In this document: one piece after another, positions 42,582-53,304 of the stretch
How positions within the stretch are numbered: the first letter of the stretch is position 1
Layout of the letters: every line of letters begins with the position of its first letter
Assembly: GCA_958009085.1 (NCBI GenBank)
Contig: OY253676.1
Coordinates: forward strand, 682,001 to 746,000
Reading direction: 5' to 3'
Length of the DNA: 64,000 bases
DNA from: Protoeuglena noctilucae
Lineage: Eukaryota
Position numbers and translations under genes: made by a program
The notes under the pieces: generated by a model
What the model was told of the DNA's origin: nothing
Seen by the model: the letters and a program-made list of their open reading frames with translations, nothing else
Database searches by the model: none

Positions 42582-43023
42582 TTCGCGACCTATGGTCTCG
42601 CAGAGGCCCCGCGATCGGGGATAGCACCGGGGGACGACCGTTACAACGCTCCGGACCCCGGTAGTTGCAGACGAAGGCGGGGCTGCGAGATCTCAGACTA
42701 ACGAGTGATACGGCGAAGCGGCATCGGCGGAAACCTTCAGATGCCGACGAAAACAAGTGTCAGCGAGATGCCAGTGGACGTGGCGGGCCCAGCTGGGGGT
42801 CTCGCTCCAGTCCCCTCTTGAATTCGCGTCCCTTGTACCACGCACGTACTCTGTGGTCTGCTTTGGCGAACTGTCGTCCCGTCCATCTTCTGCTCGTTGC
42901 TTGCCCTGCTCCTCCAACGCACCATCTGCCGCGGAAAACGCCCGTCGCCGTAGCTGACGCACCTCTTAGCGGAAGCGGGGCGTCGCGGCCCCGAACGCGG
43001 GCTCCAGGGGCGGGGGGGAGGCC

Positions 43024-45719
43024 ATGATCAAGTCACGGGCGCGCAGCTCGCAGAGCAGGAGGCGGGAGAGGAAGCAGGACGAGCTGCCGAAGCTCGATGA
43101 GTTCCTCACGAAGAGGGACTATGTCGGGGCGCTGACGCTCGTTGAGTTCCTGCGGGCATCCAAGCAAATGCAGAACCAGGTGGGTGGCCGCGCTTCGAAT
43201 CGCCGGCGTTGCGGGGGGGCTCCGGACTTACGGTCCGACCTTTTGTTCCGACGAGGGCGCGGGGCGCTGTGCCTGGTACGCCGTCTGGGCCCCCGCGCCG
43301 CGGGGCAGAGGGGCATGCGGGGCGTATGCGAACTCGTTTGCCGCGACCCTGCGGAGGGGTCCTCCGGCCTCAGAGATCCACGACGGACACGTTGGCTGTA
43401 CGCGCGTCCACTTCTGCTCTGCAGGAGTCGCTGGAGTGGCGCGGCTACTGCCATTTCCACAACGGCGAGCACGACAGGGCGCTGGCTTGCTACCAGGAGC
43501 TGCAGCGGCTTCTGGAATCCGATCCGATGTATCACCTTTACATTGCCTGCTGCCACTACTACATGGGTGAGCCTTCAAGCACGCGTCGCCAATTCGGCAA
43601 GTCCGCATTTGCGCAGCGTATGGACAGCCGACAACCCTGGCCGCGCCCGACCGCAGGGGAGTACAAGGAGTGCCTGCAGGCGGCGAGGAAGGGTCCCAAG
43701 TGCCAGTTGCAGGCGCGCGTGCTGATGCACGCGGCAAACAAGCTGGCGGACGACGACACGGTGGTGGAGATGCATGGCCGCTTGCAGGCGGACGACTTGC
43801 AAGACCGCCTGTCTCTCGCGGCGCTGCACTACATGCGGGGCACGTACGAGCAGGCTGTCGACATATACAAGAACATCATGGTGCGTTGACCACGTCATCA
43901 CCGCGCGGTGCGGGTCCAGCTTCGGTCCCCATGCCCGAGACCCACCCTCCCGACCCTCCGCGCGCAGGTGGAGCACAAGGACTTCTTGGCGATCAACGTG
44001 TACGTGGCGCTGGCGTACGCCAAGCTGGATTACTACGATGTGTCCAACGAGGTGCTGGGGGTGTACCTGACACAGTTCCCTGACTCGGTTCTGGCCATTA
44101 ACCTCAAGGCGTGCAACCAGTTCCGCAAAGGCCTGGTCAAGGAGGCGGAGGAGGAGCTGCGGGTCGTGGAGAAGCTGGGGTAAAAGCCGCAGCACACTTT
44201 GCTTGCCGTGCGGCCGCCCCGGCTGGGCCTGCTGCTCCAGCGCCAAGGTTGCACACCGGCTCGGGGCTATCGCAGGGGCAGCATCGCGGACCACGACCTC
44301 GCGCGCCACAACCTGGTGGTGATCCGGAACGGGGAGGACGCCCTGCGGGTGCTGCCGGCCCTGGGCGACGTGCCGCACGAGGCGCGGCTCAACCTCTGCA
44401 TCCACTACATCAAGACGGGCGCAGTGGATGAGGCGTTCGCGGTCGTGCGGGACCTGGAGCCCCGCCAGGCCGAGGAGTGGATCCTCAAGGGCATCACCCA
44501 CATGCTCCTGGGGCAACAGAAGAACTCCACCGAGCACCTCCGACTCGCACGCGAGTACTTCCAGGTGACCTGAGGGGCCGTGTACCCTGGGGGCTGAGTT
44601 GCTTGTGGATGAGCAACGGAGCCTTGCAGCTTGTTGCCAGTGCAAGGCTGGTCGATGCAGACGGGCTGGCCCCTCAGTGCTTGCACCGTCGGCCCTGCCC
44701 TTGCAGACGGTGGGGACGGCCGAGAGCGACTGCGACACGATCCCCGGGCGGCAGGCCATGGCGACGGCCTTCTTCTTGGCGGGGGCGTTTGAGGACACCA
44801 ACATCTACCTGAGCTCTATTGCCGAGTACATGCAGGACGACCAGGACTTCATGTGGAACTACGGCATCTCCAAGGTGCGTATTGTATGGGACGCACCAGC
44901 AGCACCAGCGGTGTGTTTGTTCATGCTTACTAGCGAACTGTTACTGTGACAGTTACAGTCAGGTCGTCGCTACTACGGTGCTCGGTGCCGCCGGGCCGCC
45001 CTTGTCGATCGTTCACGGCCCCGCTTTGCAGGCGTCTGTGGGGGAGTTCCACGAGGCGCTGAAGCTGCTGCAGCGCGTCACGGACGCGCGCCTGCGTGCC
45101 GACTTCGTGTACCTGTCCTGGCTGTGCCGGTGCCTCATCATGACGGGCAACACCAAGGCGGCGTGGGAGGTGTACCACCAGGTGCGGCAGTGACTGCAAG
45201 GGCGACTGCATGTCCAAAGCACGACTGGGCGGTGGTAGATGTGCATGAGATATGTAGATGGCTTAATCTTAATGTAATGTAGATGCTGTGTCGTGACCGC
45301 AGATGGAGTCAACCAGGGACGCCGACACGCTCCTGCAGCAGATCGCCAACGACTGCTACCGCATGGGCCAGTTCCTGTACGCGGCCAATGCGTTCGACAT
45401 CCTGGAGCGCTCCGACCCCAAGCACCCGGACTACTGGGTCGCGAAGAGGCGAGCCGGGGCGGGTGCCTTGTTCGCGAGCAGATCGCTGTCGCTGCAGAGC
45501 AAGATGGGTGTCGTGCAGGCACGCGACCTCGCTAGTATGCTGTCCTGTGTCGCAGGGGCGCATGCGTGGGTGTCGTGCAGATGGTGCTGGCGGGGAAGGA
45601 GAGCCAGGACTCGATACGTGAGGTGTGCCAGCTGCTGGCCCAGCCGACGAACCAGGAGGCGGAGCAGCTCTACGACGTCATTAGCAACTGGGCGGAGGCC
45701 AACGGCCTGGCGGACTTGA
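43024..45719 (+). CDS. IFT56: Intraflagellar transport protein 56 (TTC26/DYF-13)
   Basis: PKLDEFLTKRDYVGALTLVEF, AINVYVALAYAKLDYYDVS, DCDTIPGRQAMA, IANDCYRMGQF and YWVAKRGACVGV. 8 introns. Confidence 0.96.
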
Positions 45720-46189
45720 GCATGTGAGCCGCTGGGGCTGGCCCTGTCAGTGACCCCGGTTTTCGGTGGGCCGCGGGTCGCTGTGCCCAAAGAAGGCGCC
45801 GTCCTTGGATCGCAACGAACCAAAGAAGTCCGCGGGTCCAACAACGCTCCCTCACCACCCTCGCTTTGGACGGGAGGACACATTCCCTCGCCTGTTCACG
45901 GGGGACCCTTGGCATTCGAGCTACGAAGCTGAGCACCCCGTAATCGCGGAAAAGTTCGCGCGCGACCGTTGGCTAGCCACCCCCGAGCTAGAGACGCACG
46001 CTTAGCGCCAAAAAAGCCGGTTCGTGGCTTGCGCGCGAAGCGTTTCATTTCGGAGCCCATTCCGTCCTCGGGTGCTTCGCGTCGCTTGTCACGTGACAGA
46101 GGCGGGCGCGGCGAGCGTTGCTTTTGCCCAGGAAGAGCAGCAGGTCTTGGGAGACGCGTGCAAACCCCACGAGCAGCGTGTGGCGCGCG

Positions 46190-47739
46190 ATGAGGTCTTG
46201 CCTGACCTGCGGTGGGCGCAACATGAGAAGTTCAAGCGATAGTGGTGAGCCCTGCTGCGCGGCATCGCCCGGCTCGCACGCTCAGGCCAGCGCGGGGAGA
46301 TCCTCGACGCACGCCCGCCCGCCACCTGCAGGTCGAGGCCGCGCCTCGCCGAGGCGTGTGTCGGGCGAGAGGGCGGCAGAGTCATCCTCTTTCTATCACG
46401 TGGACTACGCGACGTACGACAAGCTCAAGTGCGATGCCACTGGCCTTGTCCCATGGCGACCAATGCGCACTGCGCGCTCTTTTGCTTGGCCGCGGTCGTT
46501 TGCCTCTGTTCTCCCGTACCCGTCGCCTGCCCTGCATCACGCATCATCGCCTCGCGCCCGCCCTTCCACCCTCGCCGCCCTCGCTGCTCGCTCTCGCCAC
46601 CGCTTCATCACCGACCCATCACCGCCCCACCCCCAGGGCCTCGCACGGCAACTCATGGTGGCAGCGAGCGAACCGCAACTTCCGCCGGTCCACGCTGGGT
46701 CGCCTGTTCGCCCTCGCGGTCGACGAGCCGACGTACGCCGAGAGGGCAGAGTCGATGGTGAGCGCCGAGTTCGTGGCGCTGCAAAAAGGGGAGTACTCGG
46801 TCAAGGGGTCGGTCGAGCTTGATATGGAGAAGGAGGAGGTCATGCGCATCCTGCGGGATTTCGAGGGGGCGCCCAAGGTGATGCGCAGTCGCGGGCGCTT
46901 GCGGACGGAAATGCCGCAGATTGGACTAGCTGCACCTCGCAAGCGCGGATGGCGTGACGCGCATCGCTCACCGTCGTTGCCACCTTTTTACGCCCGCTGT
47001 GCCTGCACCCGTGCAGATCTTCAACAACGTGCTCGACACGCAAGTGCTCGAGAGCGTGCGTTCGTCCAAGGGACAGCGCACGCTCTTGATGCAGCGCCTC
47101 ACGTGGGAGTTTTTGGTGTTCCGGGGCTCCTTTTTCGCGCATCTGTGGGTGGACGAGAACGACGCTGACGGTACGCTGGATTTCGTGCTGAAGGAGTCGA
47201 GCTTCATGAGCACGTTCCGGGGATGCTGGACAGTGGTGCGTCCGCGGCTGCCGCAGCTCAGTGTGCACGGCAGTAGTGGATGCATGACCCGCACCATTGA
47301 CCCCTCTTATGACCGTGATCGCGTCTGCCCGGCTGTCTCGCACTTGCGGACGGCCCGGCACCTGTTCATCGACCCCCATACCATGCCTCACGGCGTCTCT
47401 TCAACCGCGCTCTGCTAACAGACGGCCCAGGACAACGGCCGCACGCTGGTGGAGCACTCGATCGCGGTGACGCCCAAGCTGCAGCCCCCACCGCCGGTGT
47501 CCTACTACACCAAGCGCATTTTTGTGCAACAAGAGAGGCAACTCCTCATCGACCTGACGGCCGAGGTCCTCAGGTGCGGTGGCAGAGACGCTGGGCGCCC
47601 GGGGATATGAGTAGAACATGGGTTGTGAGCAAACAAAGCACGCCTGTCGTGCTTGCGCAGGCGGGTCGAGGAGGGGACCAGCAAGGTGTACGAGGGCCGC
47701 GATGGCGTGATGGCCAGCAAGTCGACGCTTGCGAACTGA
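46190..47739 (+). CDS. START/SRPBCC (polyketide cyclase/COQ10-like) domain protein
   Basis: VKGSVEL..EEVMRILRDFEGAPKIFNNV..TLDFVLKESSFMSTFRGCWTV..TLVEHSIAVTPK, followed by a C-terminal helix. 4 introns. Start at 46190 or 46223. Confidence 0.75.
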
Positions 47740-47755
47740 CATTGACACGGTTTTG

Positions 47756-48823
47756 TCAGAGGCCCATTTGAGACGGGCCTTCGCTCCGGTCTTTCACGAT
47801 GCTGCTGATGGCCTTGAAGGACGGATGCTTGCTGTCCTCCATCAGGTCAAACAGCACAGACTCCACGGACCGGAGGTGCGCGCCCATGTTGGCGAGACCC
47901 TGCAGCGCGATGGAGCGCTCTTCCGGGCGGGAACTGCGGGCGGTTGCGCGCCGCGTGAGCTCGCTTTGGTTTTGGTGCATGCCTTGCCCGCCATGTCCAT
48001 GTCGGCGAAAGTGGCCACAGGCGGGCCTTACCGCCAGCTGGGTGGCCTGCGCAAGCGTGGCAACCCTTAACTTCGCTGGGCGTCGCTGTTGTGCCGCACC
48101 TGCTGATGGCGTCGCAAAGGAGGTGCACGTCGTACCCCCGGGACAGCAGTTCGCGCGTCGTCTGAAACACGCACACGTGCGCTTCCAGGCCACACAGCAG
48201 GACACTCTTCCGCTGCTCGTGTGCGCGGAGCTGCTCCTCGACCTCGGGCTGCGCGGGCAGCGTGCATGCATCGATGGTGTCGCAGGCAGGCAGGTGCGCC
48301 CGCTTGCGCCTCGACCAGGGCCTGCTGCGCCTCACCACCAGCATGGAGAAGCGGGACTTGGCGACGGCCTCCTTCCCTTGCGAAGGGAGATGCTGGGCGA
48401 TCTCCGGCACTGCGGGGCGATGGTTGGTACAACCAAACGACTCGGTTCCCCGGCATGACAGAAGCAGAGACGGTCGCGGGTGTCGAAGCGTATGCGGCTC
48501 TCACCGGTGGGCCCGAAGGCTTTCGGATATTGCTCAGAGACGAGGATGGGGATGGACAGCTCCCTGGCCGCTCGCGTCATGCGGCTCGCCGAGGCAATGA
48601 GCAGGGGCATGTTGTTGATGACGGGCCGGAAGCGCTCTTGAACATCGCACACTGCGCAAAGCAATGCTCAGCTCAGCAATGATCCAAGAAGAAGCATTGC
48701 TCGACACGTTGCGCCCGACGTTGCCTTGTCCAGCCGCCACCCTCGCTCGCGCTGGGCCCCGCTCTCACCCATCAGGATGGATCGTTCCTGCGTCAGCTTG
48801 CTGAGCAGGCGCGCCGTGTGCAT
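47756..48823 (-). CDS. Isochorismatase domain-containing protein (ISOC1/2-like)
   Basis: VCDVQERFR, SEQYPKAFGPTV, KSRFSML, LCGLEAHVCVFQT and ESVLFDLMEDSKHPSFK. 4 GT-AG introns. Confidence 0.9.
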
Positions 48824-49059
48824 CCTGCTCCCTTCTGATCCCACGCCGGTTCTGAGACGGTCTCTTGGCACGCTGTGGAGGCGAGATTCAACAATCGCTC
48901 CTCGCTGGCGCGACGCTTTACAATGTGTCAATACTGGATCATATTGTCGTCCAAGAGCGGCTCAAGGCAACGACGGGGAGCCCTCAAAACCCTATCGCAG
49001 GAAACGGATTGAAACACAGGATGTATGTTGCTTTTACTGCTCCCGTCGACACCACCCGG

Positions 49060-50409
49060 TCAGAAACGATTGCATGACCACGCCATGGCTTTGCTGTTCG
49101 CCGAGAGCTCCACCTCAGACGCTGGCCGCGTGGAGCGGGTCTCCGTTGCCGACGAGGGTGGACGGGTCGTCTTCCCAAAGCCACGCATCCCCGTCAGGAC
49201 GTCGCGTATCCACGTCTTCGTGACCAGCTCGTCGACGACGGTCTCTGCTGGGGAACTCTCCCAGCCCTGGCGCGACACAGACATATGGACGGGAGTGAGC
49301 GGTGCGCTATGCCAATATGGGACGCCGCTGCGCTGCGCCGCGCTCCTCCGCACCTCGTCTCCCTTGCGGCGCCGTGCGTCTCGGCTCCCCTGGACGCTTT
49401 GGCCGCTGGGCTGGACGCCCCGGACGCTCCCAGCCCGTGAGCTGGCGACCAGGCGCAGGTCCGCAGTGGAGCGGCCCCCTTTGCCGCGCGAGCCCTTCTC
49501 TGCTCGCTTCTTGGCCCTGGCCGTCGCCCCGAGCGTGTTGTCCAGCAACTCCAGTGTCCCGGCCGCGAACGCGTCTCCAAACATGGCAGCAAACCAGGAC
49601 GACGCCTCCACCGCATCGTCGCCGTCGCCGCGGCGGCCGTGGAGCGGACGAGGGGACCCATGCACACATCCGTGAATACCTGCAATCGCCCAATCAGGAT
49701 TGCCGCTCTCTTGTAGCAGGCGAGCCCTTCTGTGAAGCGAGGATGGCTGTCACTCCCCGCTTGCTGTGGCTTGGTGCCTTACCTCGGTGCCTTTGCCGAG
49801 GAGGATGATGATGACGACGCACTTGATGGCGTAGTACGCGGGGATGCCTGGGACGTACCGCGCCATGGCGGGGGTCCACCTCTCTGACGCTGCTTCAGCC
49901 AGCAGCTGTGAGCAGAGAGGGAGCCGGGGTCCGAGGGGCTCAGGAGGGCGGGCCGACAGGCGTGCAGGGACCCAGAGCAGCTCGGGGAGAGGCTGAGTTG
50001 GAGCCCCCGAGTCGCTAAGGGTCGCTTCACCAAAGGGCTCACGCCTTGTGCGAAGCGCATGGCGCGACGTCCCCGACCAGAGCTCGCGCGCCCTAACCTG
50101 AACTCTGTCTGCCGCAGTGATGAGTGCGAAGAGTACCCAGTACGCCAGCCATTTGCGGCACTCCCGGGCTCGGGTAGGCACCGCGCACACCGTGTCGAGC
50201 GAACGCAGGGCTGGGTAGAGCACGCCGAGCACGAAGGACAGGTGTCTGCGGCGGTGCGGTGCAGCAGAGGCTCGTAGCATCGACTGGCGTGGGCAGAAGT
50301 TGGCTATAGCGGCGCTTTCGCCACGCGCCCGCTGGGAAGAAGAACCGTCACGGGGCAGAACCAGGCGCAGATGTGCTCCGGGGAGCCACGCGCGCACCAT
50401 TGGCTTCAT
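49060..50409 (-). CDS. TB2/DP1/HVA22 (REEP) family protein; last exon frame ambiguous
   Basis: VLGVLYPALRSL..RKWLAYWVLF..IPAYYAIKCVVIIILL is the HVA22 signature. The terminal exon ends at 49194 or 49060 depending on frame. Confidence 0.7.
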
Positions 50410-50908
50410 CTCAACGAGTTATTGCTTACTCGCCTGGACAGCGTCGTGGCGCCTTGCGCGACCTGGACGAGCAGCCCCATTTCCGTCTCCCGGACCTTTT
50501 CGTTGCTCCGACTGCGTTATTTCTGCTTCGGCTAACTCGAATCGGCGAGGGACAAAGTGCTCTACGCGCCAGGCGACCTGGCGGGCATGTGGGGCGAGTT
50601 GCCAGTTGCACTGGAGGCCGAGAGTGCTCGGGCCCCGGCGCCGCGATCCAGCGCACGGTCGGCTCTGCTCTTCTCGTCTCCTGCAAAGCTCGAAAACAAA
50701 CGTGATATCTCTGGCGGGGATCTGACCCTCCGCTTGGTCTACGATCGGAGGCCCTCCGACCCGGTTACCCTAGGGTCAACCCTGTCGGAGAGTCGTGGCG
50801 CAGCCCTCTTCAGCCGCGAGCGCGACACTCCCGGCCTCAGTTCCCGATTTCTGGTCGACAACCCGGCTCATTCGCGCCCGTCGAGCGTCCGCGACTACTC
50901 TAGCGACC

Positions 50909-52681
50909 ATGGCTCTCTCTGCCTCCGTCTCTGCGCCCCGCGCCGAGCTCGTCAGCTCGCGCCAGGTGGCCCGCCGCGCTCAGACGGCGACCGTCGCTCG
51001 CGCTGCCAAGCTCGCGGTGACCTCCTCCGTCGATGCCGACGACATCCCCGAGTGAGTGACGCCCCGCGCCCTGCTGCTGCCTACCCGCCCCTCGCGCCGC
51101 GCCCGGGGCCCCGCGCGCGTGACCAGCCCCATACGCGCACGCTCTTGACGCGCTTTTGCTCTCTCCGCGGGATTTGGGGCCGCGATATTGCTTGGCGCGC
51201 GTGCTGGGCATGGTCTCGTACGGGCCACCAACGTCGACCACCCGGCCACCGATGGAGGCCCGCGACGCGCCCGCGCGAGCCTCGCCCGCCCCGCCCTCGC
51301 TATCGCAGGGTTCTGCGCTCGACGCACGGCCCCCTCTTCTTCAACGGCGCGGTCGACCGCTCCTACCTTGATGCGAGGACGAGTGAGTTATCCACCGGAG
51401 CACCGGCGGAGGCGCCTCCCCCGGCCCGATCGCGCGCGCCGCAGCGCTTGGCTGCTCTTACTGCTGCTCCTCCGGCGCTTTGCGGGGCCGTCGGGGGCCG
51501 CGCGGGCGACTTCCGCCGATGGCCAGCGCCGATAGAGTTGCCCCTCCGCGCCCGCAGACACCGTCCGCAAGCACTTCCCGGGCGCGCTCGGCATCGATGA
51601 CTTCATGGCTCGCACGGAGATCGCCCTCTACCAGCAGGGCTTCACGGGCGACAACACGATCGCCTTCCTCAACCTGTGCCGTGACGAGGTGTGCCACAAG
51701 CTCGCCCATAAGGTGCACGCCGTCTTCGGGTACTCCTTCTCCACGCACGGCCTCGGCGGTGTGCTCACGTGCGGTGTGACGGGCATGAAGGCCGGCATCT
51801 CGCACGCCCCCAACATGGACGAGGGCGGCCGGGAGCGCTACGTGTTCTTCTCCTTCCCCCACATCGCCATCGACTCCGGTGAGCCTGCGCGCCGATTTCC
51901 GCTTCTCTGCTGAGCGCGCGCGCGCGCGCGTGCCATCCCAGCGCGGCGCGGTGACCCTCATGCGATGGCCTCCATCGGAGGTTGCGCGTGGGTGGCGGCG
52001 CGCGCCGCCAGTACCCGCCCGCGCGAGCTCCGGTCCTGTCCGGCCTCGTCTAATCGTTCTCCCCACCGCTCTTTTCGCACAGACGGCAACGTGGGCAACA
52101 TCTACCGCCCGGCCCGCCTCGGTGACTCGAGCGCCTGCGGTGCCCTGATCGCCTCCCTCAACGCCATCAAGGCCGGCGAGGGCGACAAGATGGACCCCAA
52201 CGAGTTCGGCAAGCACGACGCCACAGACCCCGAGCTGTCCATCCTCAAGCAGCGCCTGGTCCGCACGATCCGCCGGGAGACGATCAACACCAACAGCCTC
52301 GACCTCGTGTCCATCACCAAGCTGGCCGAGAAGACGCACACCCGCGACCTCGAGCAGCTGATTGAGGCCGCCGTCGACCGCTCCAAGGCCGACTACGCCA
52401 TCGTGACGGGTGTCCAGATCCACAACTGGGCCGCCTACCCCCGCGACCCCAACGCCCCCGACCTCGAGTACGTCTTCCCCTCCAAGGTCGTCTCGGTCGT
52501 CCGCGGCGTGGAGACGGAGATCAGCCTCACGGACATCCCCAACCTGACGCCCCGCCAGATCCGCACCCTGGTCCGCGGCGACATGGACGCGTCGGTCGGT
52601 GAGGCGGCGGGCGCCGTCAACGCCGCCGAGCTCCGCAAGCGCATGCGCTTCGACATGGCCCGCGCCGCCACCGGCAAGTAA
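50909..52681 (+). CDS. LCIB: Low-CO2-inducible LCIB/LCIC-family protein (beta-CA-like fold)
   Basis: Transit peptide, then HFPGALGIDDFMARTEIAL..GFTGDNTIAFLNLCRDE, GLGGVLTCGVTGM..SHAP, RERYVFFSFPHIAID, SACGAL and DYAIVTGVQIHNW. 3 introns. Confidence 0.93.
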
Positions 52682-53304
52682 GCCGCCGGCCCTCGGCCAT
52701 CGGCCCGCCCGGGGCGGGGCTGCTCTGCATGCGGCGGGCCTCTGTCGTGATGCCCCACGCGCCTTGGGCCCCGGCAGCCGCCTGCCCCAGCCCGCGCCTA
52801 GTTCGCTCTCTGGAGCTCGATCGCCGCGCTTGCGTTTCCTAGTATTATTTGTTCCATGGACGCATGGCTGCGGCGAGATGCACAGGGGATGTGCCCACGC
52901 TTGAAGTGCAGAAGCAGGACTCTTACTCTAGCGCTTCACTTAGCGCCACCTGCGCTGCCTGCCTTAATTCAGACCTCACACCTGACGGCAGCGCGCCGGG
53001 GTGCTCTCAGCTGCAGACCGGCGGCTCCAGACGCAGGTGACTGGCTGTGGCAGCTGACATGCAGCCTATGACGCATGGGTGACGTGGGCAGTGCTGCGTG
53101 TCGTCACGCCCCCTTCCTGACAGGACACACAGCCACTGGCAAGTTTGAGACCAGCTTGCTTGATGGAACTTACTCAGCTGTGTCACTGACAGGCGGCGGC
53201 TCGACTCATGTCCACTCCCCCAATATGTGGTCCCTATCCGTCTCCTCCCTTGGCCTCCACGGCTGAACTTATCGTGTCGTTGCGCATCTCCGCCACAGGA
53301 AGTC

